From: an uncultured Clostridia bacterium
GTDB taxonomy: Bacteria; Bacillota; Clostridia; TANB77; CAG-465
Reading direction: 5' to 3'
Length of the DNA stretch: 51,114 nucleotides
NCBI GenBank assembly: GCA_944386635.1
Contig: CALXBV010000067.1
Coordinates: forward strand, 1-51,114
The number at the start of each line of letters is the position of its first letter. Within the stretch, counting starts at the first letter, position 1. The translations under genes and the position numbers were made by a program. Below are positions 19,677-29,286 of this stretch, piece after piece. Under the pieces are notes generated by a model. It was not told the origin of the DNA. It searched no databases and saw nothing but the letters and a program-made list of their open reading frames with translations.

Positions 19677-20208
19677 GTGGATAATTTGGGACTTAAAAGA
19701 GGCAAATTAGAGTTTATTCCTTATGACAATAATTATGAAAGAATATATAATGAAGAAAAGAAAAATCTAGAAAAAAATTTTAAAAGGAATGTATATAAAA
19801 ATAGAGCATGTAGGTAGTACAGCTATAAAAATATAGTATCCAAACCAATAATAGACATATTAGTTATATGTGAAGACTTAGATAATCTTATTAAAATTGC
19901 AAAAGAAAAAATAAAGAATGATACTTATACAATAAGAAAAGAAATTGTAAGAAAAGATGACTTCTTAATTAGAAAAGAAGAGGATGGAAAAGTAAAAACA
20001 TTTATACATGTTGTACCAGAAACATCTAAAAGAGCAAGAGACTGCACTTTATTTAGAGATTATCTAAATGAAAATGTTAAAGAAGCTAAAAAATTCTTTA
20101 TATAAAAAATATAAAGAGTATAGAAGAAAATATACTTTAGAAAAAGTAGAATTTATATCTAAAGTTATAAGAAAAGTGGAAAAATATTATAATGATAAAA
20201 GAATATAG
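19677..20208 (+). pseudogene. GrpB-family nucleotidyltransferase-like pseudogene
   Basis: Fragments in different frames: MDNLGLKRG..., IEHVGSTAI, SKPIIDIL, LFRDYLNEN, YTLEKVEFI; shifts in A-runs near 19770 and 19830 and a break near 20100. Confidence 0.75.
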
Positions 20209-20226
20209 ATAAGCTCTATATTCTTT

Positions 20227-20355
20227 TTAATTACAGCAGAAACAGAAAAATAGTAATACTAAAAGTAGTATTAGTATAAAATTACCATTACAAAATAAGT
20301 TACTTATACAATTATTTGAGTTGTTGTTCTGCTCATTACAGCAACAATTATTCAT
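20227..20355 (-). CDS. Unannotated 42-aa Cys/Asn-rich protein with hydrophobic C-terminus (spore-protein-like)
   Basis: MNNCCCNEQNNNSNNCISNLFCNGNFILILLLVLLFFCFCCN; AAGGAG RBS within the end of the peroxiredoxin gene; starts 3 nt after its stop. Confidence 0.7.
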   Translation of the reverse strand: MNNCCCNEQNNNSNNCISNLFCNGNFILILLLVLLFFCFCCN

Positions 20356-20358
20356 ATA

Positions 20359-20892
20359 CTACCATCTCCTTAAATCATCATTTTCTTTGCTAAAGCAAAG
20401 GTACCAGTCCATACAATTTTTTGCATTATTTTTTTTCATATTATTCATTAAATCTATGTAATTATTAGGGGAAGGGATAATAGTAGATAATCCAGGCATC
20501 CAGTTTGCTGGTGTAGCAACATTATCTGAATCAGATATTTGAAGTGCATCTATCATTCTTAATATTTCTGATATATTTCTACCATTTTGAGCTGGATATA
20601 TAAGGATACACCTTACTGTCTGAGACGGGTCTATAAAAAATACATTTCTAACGGTTGATGTATTATTATTAATGTCTGACATCATTCCATACATATTAGC
20701 TATATCTTTATTTGTATCAGAAATTATTGGAAAAGGAATAGAAATACCAGTATTTTCTTCAATATCTTTTATCCAAGCTAAATGTGATGGACAACTATCT
20801 ACAGATAATCCTAATAAACTACAATTTCTTTTTTCAAACTCCTCATTATGCTTAGCAAAAGAGATTAACTCAGTTGTACATACGGGGGTAAA
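20359..20892 (-). CDS. Peroxiredoxin (Prx6/1-Cys type), 3' segment lacking its own start
   Basis: Open from 20892: FTPVCTTELISFAK...GLSVDS..SHLAW...FPIISD...TVRNVFFIDP...YP..NGRN..EILR...TPANW. Confidence 0.93.
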   Translation of the reverse strand, partial: FTPVCTTELISFAKHNEEFEKRNCSLLGLSVDSCPSHLAWIKDIEENTGISIPFPIISDTNKDIANMYGMMSDINNNTSTVRNVFFIDPSQTVRCILIYPAQNGRNISEILRMIDALQISDSDNVATPANWMPGLSTIIPSPNNYIDLMNNMKKNNAKNCMDWYLCFSKENDDLRRW

Positions 20893-20919
20893 TGTTAAGG
20901 ATATAATAGATAAAAGCTA

Positions 20920-21054
20920 TTATTCTTTTTTTATATATTTCAAATATATATCTTTACAAAAAATTGAAAATTGAGTATATACTATATATTTTTTTTGAGT
21001 TGATACATTTTTTGAATGTATTTTTTTTATTATATAATTTTTATTATTAGACAA
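20920..21054 (-). CDS. Unannotated 44-aa basic protein; candidate recombination directionality factor
   Basis: TTG start after AGGTG (21065-21061); MSNNKNYIIKKIHSKNVSTQKKYIVYTQFSIFCKDIYLKYIKKE; CATATATT -10-like box at 21078-21071; function is inference. Confidence 0.5.
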   Translation of the reverse strand: MSNNKNYIIKKIHSKNVSTQKKYIVYTQFSIFCKDIYLKYIKKE

Positions 21055-21194
21055 TATTTTCACCTAATTTAATATATGTCTTTATACTACAATAATTGAC
21101 ATTAATAATTTGTATTTTTTTATTTATAGATATCTAAAAGTTTATTATAATGTATATATTATAATAAAAGTTTTATAATTTGAAAGGAGTATAT

Positions 21195-22706
21195 ATGGTA
21201 GCAATATATGCAAGACAAAGTATAGATAAAAAAGATAGTATTAGTATACAGACACAATTAGAATATGGTAAAAATATTTGTAAAACAGAAGGTTTAATGT
21301 ATAAAGAGTATTATGATAAAGGATTTTCTGGATCTAACTTAAATAGGCCAAAGTTTAAAGAGTTAATATTTGATATAGAAAATGGAATAATTAATAAAGT
21401 TATATGTTATAGATTAGATAGAATAAGTAGAAGTTTAGTTGATTTTTCTAATTTATTAGTTTTTTTTGAAAAGTATAACGTTGAATTTATATCTGCTACA
21501 GAACAATTTGATACATCAACTCCTATTGGAAGAGCTATGATTAATATAATAATGGTTTTTGCTCAATTAGAAAGAGAAACTATACAGCAACGTGTAAGAG
21601 ATAACTATTATGCCAGAGCTAAAAAAGGCTTATTTACCGGAGGAAATATTGCATTTGGATATAAAAATGAAACTATAAAGATGGATGGGAAAAAAAGTCC
21701 AGTGTTCAAGCAAGAAAATGAAGAAATTAAAATAGTAAAATATATATTCAAAGAATATTTGAAAAATAGGACTATACATTCAATAGCTAAAGACTTAACT
21801 AATTTATATAGCAAGTTGTATACGGATAAATTTGTAAAAAGAGTATTAACAAATACAATATATGTAAAGTGCGATACAAAAATATATACATATTATAAAG
21901 AAAAAGGATATATTATGTATAATGATTTAAATGATTTTAACGGAAAATGCGGAGCTGTAATATATGGTAAAGAAAAAGGAAAGAAGAATAGAATAAGAAC
22001 AGAAATTGATGAACAATTATTCGTATTAGTAAAGAATATACCTGTAATTGAATCTAAGAATTTTATAATTGTGCAGGAAAAGATTAATAGTAACAAGAAA
22101 GAAATTACTGCAAAAAAGCGAGGAAAATATAGCTGGCTTACAGGGTTAGTCAAATGTAAGTTATGTAACTCATCAGTTGGAGTAAAAGTTACAAGAGGAT
22201 ACAAATATATGATTTGTTCTAAGCATAGGCTGTATAATGCTTGTGATAATAAAAGAAATTATAAACTTGAAGAGATAGAAGATATTATTTATAAAGAAGT
22301 TGTAGATTATATAAAAGATATAGATGTGAATAATTTAATACAAGACGATGAAAAAAATGCATATAAAAGTAAGGAAAATGAATTATTAATAAAGAAAACA
22401 CAATATCAAGAAAAATTAAATAATCTTATAAGCATTGCATCTAATAATAAAGAAATAGAAGATATACTAAAAGAAAATATTATTAAATTGGGTGAAAGTA
22501 TACAAAAAATAGAAGAAAATATAGAAAATATAAAAATGGATGCTTTAAATAGAGAAATTGATGTTGATATGTATATAAAAGCAATAGATATTATTACTAA
22601 TAGGTTTTCAGAGTTAGATTTGTATGAAAAAAATAGATTAGTAAAGATTTTTGTGAAATGTATATACTTAAATGAAAAAGAAATAGAGATACTTTTTTAT
22701 ATATGA
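21195..22706 (+). CDS. Large serine recombinase (SpoIVCA/CisA-like)
   Basis: AAAGGAG RBS; YARQS catalytic Ser, DKGFSG, RLDRISR, FAQLERE, Zn ribbon CKLC...C...C and coiled coil. Confidence 0.95.
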   Translation: MVAIYARQSIDKKDSISIQTQLEYGKNICKTEGLMYKEYYDKGFSGSNLNRPKFKELIFDIENGIINKVICYRLDRISRSLVDFSNLLVFFEKYNVEFISATEQFDTSTPIGRAMINIIMVFAQLERETIQQRVRDNYYARAKKGLFTGGNIAFGYKNETIKMDGKKSPVFKQENEEIKIVKYIFKEYLKNRTIHSIAKDLTNLYSKLYTDKFVKRVLTNTIYVKCDTKIYTYYKEKGYIMYNDLNDFNGKCGAVIYGKEKGKKNRIRTEIDEQLFVLVKNIPVIESKNFIIVQEKINSNKKEITAKKRGKYSWLTGLVKCKLCNSSVGVKVTRGYKYMICSKHRLYNACDNKRNYKLEEIEDIIYKEVVDYIKDIDVNNLIQDDEKNAYKSKENELLIKKTQYQEKLNNLISIASNNKEIEDILKENIIKLGESIQKIEENIENIKMDALNREIDVDMYIKAIDIITNRFSELDLYEKNRLVKIFVKCIYLNEKEIEILFYI

Positions 22707-22728
22707 TATATCTATCTATATTGGCAGT

Positions 22729-22869
22729 GGTAAAATCACCTGGATGAGAGAAAAATACTAACCATTTTCCCATATAATCTGTAAGTTTTAAAGGTCCAAA
22801 CGTTGAATTCGCTATAAATCTAGGAGCTCTTTGACCTAACATAATCATATTATTTCTTTGTTCTTCCAT
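22729..22869 (-). CDS. Peroxiredoxin 5' segment (codons 1-47)
   Basis: AAGGAGG RBS; MLGQRAPRFIANSTFGPLKLTDYMGKWLVFFSHPGDFT, then runs into element sequence. Confidence 0.93.
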
Positions 22870-22888
22870 TTTTACTCCTCCTTGCTAT

Positions 22889-22915
22889 ATGGTATGAAAA
22901 ATGTGATTATTTGTG
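22889..22915 (-). promoter_or_regulatory. Putative sigmaK-type promoter of the split peroxiredoxin operon
   Basis: CACA (22915-22912), 15 nt, CATACCAT (22896-22889), i.e. AC-N16-CATAnnnT. Confidence 0.6.
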
Positions 22916-23052
22916 ATAGTAAAAGAAAAAAATGTAATAAAATTTAACTAAATATAAAAATAAGAATTATTAATTAAATACATGTAATAGTTATTAATAC
23001 ATTTTTTATATAATTAAAAGTTGCTGAAATTTCTTCAGCAACTTAATTCTTT

Positions 23053-23586
23053 TTATATTATATATTCCCATCCTGGCTTCCATGCTTTAGATTTTCTCCA
23101 ATCATTTTTAATTGCTTCTTCCCAAGATATATTTTTAGTTAAAACTTCAAAAGCTAGTTGTGGTGCTCTATGAGCAACTATTCCAATTGTTTTTCCTTTA
23201 TAATTTCCTTTTAAAAATTGTATAAAGTTTGAAATTCTTTTTTCTACATCTTTTAGAGATTCACCATTTGGAAAAGGTGTATCAATATGTCCTTCATAAA
23301 TTACTTGATTTTTATCTTTACCATCTAAATCACCATAATTACATTCTCTCAATCTTTTATCTTGAATATGTTTAATATTTGGAAAAGCAAGATCAGCAGA
23401 CTCTATTGCTCTTATTAAATCAGATGTAAATATAATATCAAAATGTGTATCTTTTCTTATTTGGCCAAGTTTAATAGCTCTTTCTTTTCCTAGCTCTGTT
23501 AATTCTACTTGTTTCCAGCCACTACATTTTCCTTTAATATTATCAGATGTTGTTCCATGAACGAAATATATAATTTTAGTTTCCAT
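23053..23586 (-). CDS. Histidine phosphatase family protein
   Basis: FVHG (variant of RHG), TSDLIRA, LRECNYG, PNGES, IVAH. Confidence 0.85.
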   Translation of the reverse strand: METKIIYFVHGTTSDNIKGKCSGWKQVELTELGKERAIKLGQIRKDTHFDIIFTSDLIRAIESADLAFPNIKHIQDKRLRECNYGDLDGKDKNQVIYEGHIDTPFPNGESLKDVEKRISNFIQFLKGNYKGKTIGIVAHRAPQLAFEVLTKNISWEEAIKNDWRKSKAWKPGWEYII

Positions 23587-24000
23587 TTCTATTCTCCTTT
23601 TATAAGACTATTATATCATTTACATATTTTTTATGGAAGTATTATTTATTAAATTTTTGTATATCAAAAAAATGTGGTAAAAGTTCAAAAAATCGTGGTG
23701 AATTGTAAAATTTAATAAAATAAAGATGAAAATTAACTAATTACATCGATTATGAAAAAAATAAATAAATTAGATGTATAATAAACTCAACAGTTAACGA
23801 GGATCTAAAAATAGTAATATGAAAACTAATATAAAAGTCTATTCTATAAAGCGAGTTTCATTTTTAGATCTGTTGATATATTATAACTGCTTTAAAGTGG
23901 AGGGAGGTAATAATTAAGAATATTAATCGTTAATATAAGAAAAAAGAATATAGTACTACTATATTCTTTTTATAGTCAATTAAATAAAAATAATGTCAAT

Positions 24001-24693
24001 TTAATTTATAACGGTAATGTTATGATAAAAATGTTTTAAAACTTCATCGTTAAAATAAGTGTCGTAAAATACATCAATTGAATTTTTAGGAGGAATATTG
24101 TTCCTTCTATTTTTTTGCCTTAATGAAGCACCAGCTGAAAATAATATATCAAAACTTACTATAAATACAAATACCCATGTAAGAATTTTACCAGTTTTAT
24201 TTGGTATTCCTTCTATTACTCTAGATAAGAAAGGATATATAATTCTAACCCAAATAACGCCTAGAAATCCCCAAAAGAAACAATATATTAAACTTGTTCT
24301 GTTACCTAATATTCCAAGTGTACTTGGAGTATAGTTCCAAGATATTGTACCAAATATTAATTCTTGAAATAGACTACATAAGGTTTCAAAAAGTCCTCCT
24401 ACTATAAAAGAGCCTATATATATAAATATATTTTTCCATCCCGTCATTCTTACAAAGCATAGAGATATTAAAACTGCACCTATACCATATACTGGATTTA
24501 AAGGCTCTAATATTAATGCTGTTCTATACTCAAAGAATCCATTTTTAAATACACACCAGACACATTCAACTACAACACCAGCGAAACAACCTATATAAAA
24601 TATCCAAAATAGTTTATAAAAATTAAGGCCCTTTGCAAATGACTCGTTTTTAGTATCTAGATTTTTTTCTGATTTTTTTTTCATAATTAACAC
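24001..24693 (-). CDS. Putative ABC transporter permease-like membrane protein (CmpB/TMEM229 type)
   Basis: G.VVE, P..PVYGIG, WNY, FWG pattern with several TM helices. Confidence 0.75.
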   Translation of the reverse strand: MLIMKKKSEKNLDTKNESFAKGLNFYKLFWIFYIGCFAGVVVECVWCVFKNGFFEYRTALILEPLNPVYGIGAVLISLCFVRMTGWKNIFIYIGSFIVGGLFETLCSLFQELIFGTISWNYTPSTLGILGNRTSLIYCFFWGFLGVIWVRIIYPFLSRVIEGIPNKTGKILTWVFVFIVSFDILFSAGASLRQKNRRNNIPPKNSIDVFYDTYFNDEVLKHFYHNITVIN

Positions 24694-24882
24694 CTATAAA
24701 TATATTGTATTGTATATTTAAAAAAAGTGCAACAATTTGTCTGCTAAAAAATAATATATGAACATATTGTATAGTATATTCATTTTAATGATAGTAAATA
24801 AATTATCTAAATTTATTTTATTTATTGATAAACTAAAATGTTCATGTTAAAATCTAAATTGAATACAGAATGGAGGGTTCTT

Positions 24883-27474
24883 ATGGAAGAAAATAATGTA
24901 TCTAATATGATTGACCAATTAGTTAAAAGAGCAAAAGAAGCTGAAAAAGAGTATATGCTACTTGATCAATCTACAATTGATAATATTGTAAAGCAAATGT
25001 CAATTGCTGCAAATTCAAAGCATATGGAGCTAGCTTGTCTTGCAGTAGAAGAAACAAAAAGAGGAGTAGTAGAGGATAAAGTAACTAAAAATATATTTGC
25101 TTCGGAATATATTTATCATAATATAAAATATGATAAAACGGTTGGGGTAATAGAGGATAATGAGTTGGAAGACTATGAACTTGTTGCAGAGCCTGTTGGA
25201 ATAATAGCAGGCGTTACACCAGTTACTAATCCTACAGCGACAACAATATTTAAGTCATTAATTGCTGTAAAAACAAGAAATCCTATAATATTTGGATTTC
25301 ATCCATCAGCTCAAAAGTGTAGTGTAGAAGCAGCTAAAGTGGTACTAGAAGCAGCTATAAAGGCTGGAGCACCAAAGCATTGCATACAATGGATTGAGAC
25401 GCCTTCTATTGAGGCAACTACTGCACTAATGAATCATAAGGATGTAAAAATAATTCTTGCTACTGGTGGCTCTGGAATGGTAAAATCTGCATATTCTTGT
25501 GGAAAACCTGCTTTAGGAGTAGGACCGGGAAATGTTCCATGCTATATACATAAAAGTGCAAAGCTTAGAACTTCTGTTACAGACTTAATTATGTCTAAGA
25601 CTTTTGATAATGGAATGATTTGTGCATCTGAACAGTCTGTAATTGTAGATAAGGATATTAAAAATGAATTTGAAAGTTTAATGAAAGAATATGGATGTTA
25701 TTTCTTAAATGAAAAGGAGAAGCAAAAATTGCAAGATTATATAATTGTTAATAAAAAAGGTTCCCTTGCAATTAATTCTGCTATAGTAGGTCAAAGCGCA
25801 TATAAAATTGCTAGTGATGCTGGATTAAAGGTAGATCCTAAAACTAAAATTTTAATTGCAAAAATTGATGGAGTGGGAGATGATTATCCTTTATCTAAAG
25901 AAAAACTTAGTCCTATACTTGCATATTATGTTGTAAAAGATTATGAAGAAGCTTTTTCTATTGCATCTAAACTATTAGAGTATGGTGGACTTGGACATTC
26001 AGCTGTAATACATGCAGAAGATAAAGATATTATACAAGAGTTTGGAAATACAATGAAGGCCGGTAGAATTATTGTAAATTCTCCTTCTACGCATGGAGCA
26101 ATAGGTGATATATATAATACAAATTTACCATCTCTTACTCTTGGCTGTGGAACTTTTGGTGGCAACTCAACAACATCTAATGTTACAGCAGTTAATTTAA
26201 TTAATATAAAAAGAATGGCAAGAAGGAGGGTTAATATGCAGTGGTTTAAAATTCCTAATAAGATTTTCTTTGAAAAAGGCTCAATAAAATATTTACAAGT
26301 TATGAGGGATATATCTAGGGTATTTATTGTAACAGATCCTTCAATGGTAAAACTTGGCTATGTAGATAAAATATTATATTATTTAAGGGATAGAAGAAAT
26401 AAAGTACACTCTTACATATATAGTCAAGTAGAACCTGATCCATCTTTTGATACTGTAAGAAATGGCGTTGCAATGATGAATGAATTTAAGCCTGATTGTA
26501 TTATAGCTTTAGGTGGCGGTAGTGCAATAGATGCTGCAAAGGGAATGTGGCTTTTATATGAGCAACCAGATGTAGATTTGGATGCTATGAAAAATAAATT
26601 TATGGATATAAGAAAAAGAGTATATAAAATAGAAGATTTGGGTAAGAAAGCAAAATTAGTTGCCATTCCAACAACTAGTGGAACAGGATCAGAAACTACT
26701 TCTTTTGCTGTTATATCAGACAAAAAGAATAATATGAAGTACCCACTTGCAGATTATGCATTAGTTCCTACTGTTGCAATAGTTGATCCAGAATTGGTAT
26801 ATACATTACCTGCAAAAAGTGTAGCAGATACTGGAATGGATGTATTAACTCATGCACTTGAAGCTTATGTTTCTAACATGGCAAGTGATTATACTGATGG
26901 GCTTGCAGAAAAAGCAACAGAGCTAGTATTTAAATATTTAGTAAGATCATATAAAGATGCATCAGATAAAGAGGCAAGAGAAAAAATGCATAACGCAAGT
27001 ACTATAGCTGGTATGGCATTTTCAAATGCATTTTTAGGAATAAATCATTCACTTGCACATAAAATAGGAGCGGAATATCATGTACCTCATGGAAGAGCAA
27101 ATGCAATATTACTTCCATATGTTATAAAGTATAATTCAAAAATGCCAGATAAATTTGTATCTTTTCCTAAATATGAATATTTTGTTGCAGATAAAAGATA
27201 CGCAGATATTGCTAGACGTCAAGGACTTCCAGCATCTACTACAAAAGAGGGAGTAGATTCTTTAGTTAAAGCAATACGCGATTTGATGAAAGACTTGGAT
27301 ATGTCAAGATCATTTAAAGAAGAAGGAATAGATGAAGAAGAGTATATGAAAAAAGTAGATGAGTTGGCATATAAAGCTTTTGAAGATCAATGTACGACCG
27401 CTAATCCAAAATTACCATTGATTGAAGATCTAAAGCAAATATTAATAGATGCATATTATGGAGAAGAAAAATAA
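24883..27474 (+). CDS. adhE: Bifunctional acetaldehyde-CoA/alcohol dehydrogenase
   Basis: [49 protein letters not shown]; GGAGG RBS before ATG 24883. Confidence 0.97.
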   Translation: MEENNVSNMIDQLVKRAKEAEKEYMLLDQSTIDNIVKQMSIAANSKHMELACLAVEETKRGVVEDKVTKNIFASEYIYHNIKYDKTVGVIEDNELEDYELVAEPVGIIAGVTPVTNPTATTIFKSLIAVKTRNPIIFGFHPSAQKCSVEAAKVVLEAAIKAGAPKHCIQWIETPSIEATTALMNHKDVKIILATGGSGMVKSAYSCGKPALGVGPGNVPCYIHKSAKLRTSVTDLIMSKTFDNGMICASEQSVIVDKDIKNEFESLMKEYGCYFLNEKEKQKLQDYIIVNKKGSLAINSAIVGQSAYKIASDAGLKVDPKTKILIAKIDGVGDDYPLSKEKLSPILAYYVVKDYEEAFSIASKLLEYGGLGHSAVIHAEDKDIIQEFGNTMKAGRIIVNSPSTHGAIGDIYNTNLPSLTLGCGTFGGNSTTSNVTAVNLINIKRMARRRVNMQWFKIPNKIFFEKGSIKYLQVMRDISRVFIVTDPSMVKLGYVDKILYYLRDRRNKVHSYIYSQVEPDPSFDTVRNGVAMMNEFKPDCIIALGGGSAIDAAKGMWLLYEQPDVDLDAMKNKFMDIRKRVYKIEDLGKKAKLVAIPTTSGTGSETTSFAVISDKKNNMKYPLADYALVPTVAIVDPELVYTLPAKSVADTGMDVLTHALEAYVSNMASDYTDGLAEKATELVFKYLVRSYKDASDKEAREKMHNASTIAGMAFSNAFLGINHSLAHKIGAEYHVPHGRANAILLPYVIKYNSKMPDKFVSFPKYEYFVADKRYADIARRQGLPASTTKEGVDSLVKAIRDLMKDLDMSRSFKEEGIDEEEYMKKVDELAYKAFEDQCTTANPKLPLIEDLKQILIDAYYGEEK

Positions 27475-27636
27475 TATAAATAGAAAGGATAATTAGATTT
27501 CTTATTATCCTTTTTTAATTTTGAAATTGCAATTTTTTATAATTGATAAAATATAATTTATATTATTATAGTATAGTTAATGCAATTTTTAAAACGATAA
27601 AATAAAAAATCGACTATTAAAAGCCGATTTTAATTG

Positions 27637-27725
27637 TGGTGGGAATGACCGGAATCGAACCGGTATGAGGTTTGACCCTCGCAGGATTTTAAGTCCTGTG
27701 CGTCTGCCAGTTCCGCCACACTCCC
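27637..27725 (-). tRNA. tRNA-Leu (TAA)
   Basis: Full cloverleaf, CAGGA-CTTAAAA-TCCTG arm, long variable arm, encoded CCA. Confidence 0.95.
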
Positions 27726-27780
27726 GATATTTGTTATTTTATCACTTTATAAATATAGTGTCAATACGTTTATATAAAAT

Positions 27781-27808
27781 CACATAAAATTAAAAATACT
27801 CATAGTAT
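27781..27808 (+). promoter_or_regulatory. Putative sigmaK-type promoter
   Basis: CACA-N16-CATAGTAT upstream of the GH25/LysM gene. Confidence 0.55.
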
Positions 27809-27841
27809 ATAGAGATAGTATAACTATCAGGGAGGTAAAAT

Positions 27842-29068
27842 TTGAAAAAATATAAAGTAAGTATGCTATTAATTTTTACATTAATTATGCAATTTGTATT
27901 TAGTTTTTGCTATGCAATATCTCCGTCTAGTGATGTTATATACAATGGTATTGATGTGAGTGAATATCAGGGAAATATTAATTTTCAAAGTGTAAAAGAT
28001 GCTGGAATAGATATTGTATATATTAGAAGTAGTGAAGGAACAAATTTTATAGATCCATATTTTAGACAAAACTATAATAATGCAAAAGCAGCAGGACTTA
28101 AGGTAGGTTTTTATCATTATGTTACAGCAAGAAGTACAGAAAGTGCTATTCAAGAGGCAGATTTCTTTGCTTCGGTTATAAATGGTACATCTCCAGATTG
28201 TCTACTCGCTATGGATTTTGAATATTTTGATGGACTAAGTAATAGTGAAGTAAATAGTATTTCAAGAGCCTTTTTAGAAAGACTTGCAGATGTTACTGGC
28301 AAAAGAGTAATGGTATATAGCGATGCATACAATGCAGGAAATGTATTTGATTCTTCTTTATCTTCATATCCTTTATGGATTGCTGAATATGGGGTATCTG
28401 AGCCACAACTTTATAGAAATTGGAGTACTTGGGTGGGATTTCAATATTCAGATACAGGAAGAGTTAGTGGTATTAACGATCAGGTTGACCTAGACAGATT
28501 TACTGATGGAGTTTTGCTAGATAATACTGATGCAATAAACAATACAGGAAATACAGTTGTTCCACAAAATGATAATACAGAAATTACTATAACTGTTCAA
28601 TCAGGTGATACCTTAGCTGCTATTGCAAATAAATATGGTACTACTGTAGATAGTATAGTAAATATTAATAATATACAGAATCCTAATCTAATTTATGTAG
28701 GGCAGATTTTAAGAATACCAACTACTCAAAATGCAGTGCAAAATTCAGAAAATAGTACTATATTTTATACTGTAAAAGCTGGTGACACATTATCTGAAAT
28801 AGCGGACGAATATAATGTCACAGTTGAAAGTATAGCAAGAGAAAATAGTATACGAAATCCTAATGAGATATATGTAGGTCAGGTATTAAAAATTGAAACT
28901 GTTAGATATAATGTACATGCAACTGGAAAGGTTATATATTTAGTAAAACCAGGCGATACATTATCTGAAATAGCACAAACGTATGGCACAACTGTAGATG
29001 AATTAGTTAGAATAAATGATATACAAAATCCAAATCTAATTTATGTTGGAGAAAAAATAAGAATATAG
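27842..29068 (+). CDS. GH25 muramidase with three LysM domains
   Basis: [28 protein letters not shown]; three GDTL..IA...I.NPN.IYVG repeats. Confidence 0.93.
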   Translation: MKKYKVSMLLIFTLIMQFVFSFCYAISPSSDVIYNGIDVSEYQGNINFQSVKDAGIDIVYIRSSEGTNFIDPYFRQNYNNAKAAGLKVGFYHYVTARSTESAIQEADFFASVINGTSPDCLLAMDFEYFDGLSNSEVNSISRAFLERLADVTGKRVMVYSDAYNAGNVFDSSLSSYPLWIAEYGVSEPQLYRNWSTWVGFQYSDTGRVSGINDQVDLDRFTDGVLLDNTDAINNTGNTVVPQNDNTEITITVQSGDTLAAIANKYGTTVDSIVNINNIQNPNLIYVGQILRIPTTQNAVQNSENSTIFYTVKAGDTLSEIADEYNVTVESIARENSIRNPNEIYVGQVLKIETVRYNVHATGKVIYLVKPGDTLSEIAQTYGTTVDELVRINDIQNPNLIYVGEKIRI

Positions 29069-29286
29069 TAAAATTAAAAAGATAATAGTTAGTATTTTCT
29101 AGTTATTATCTTTTTATATTTTAATGGAAATAAAATATATTAAAAGTTGTGTTGAAAGGTATAATCTTTATTTTATTAATTCAAGTATAATTATATTATT
29201 TGCTATTTTTCCTTTTTACGAGTATTGTACTTTAAAAATAAATATGATATACTAAATATCATATTTAGAGTAAAGGTGGGAGATAA

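Larger units (their letters stand above)
20887..22734. mobile_element. Minimal skin-like gene-interrupting element (1,842 bp excisable)
   Basis: Direct core GGTAAA at 20887-20892 and 22729-22734; inner inverted arms ATAGATA 20906-20912 and TATCTAT 22709-22715 equidistant from the cores; encodes a serine recombinase; removal restores the reading frame. Confidence 0.92.

Noticed and set aside
20359-20694. 111-aa ORF as a stand-alone gene
   Set aside because: The frame is open up to the att core at 20892 and the ATG is an internal Met with no RBS.
20887-22734. Element as an invertible switch or an intron
   Set aside because: Cores are direct repeats, which predicts excision; the enzyme is a DNA recombinase and no intron features are visible.
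22597-22869. ORF track's 90-aa protein as a real gene
   Set aside because: Only codons 1-47 are peroxiredoxin; the rest is read-through into the element, antisense to the recombinase.
24755-24790. Rex operator upstream of adhE
   Set aside because: Only a loose ATGAA...TTCAT palindrome with wrong spacing relative to TTGTGAA-N4-TTCACAA.
29100-29286. T-box upstream of tyrS
   Set aside because: No GGTGGNACC motif; the promoter lies close to the RBS.
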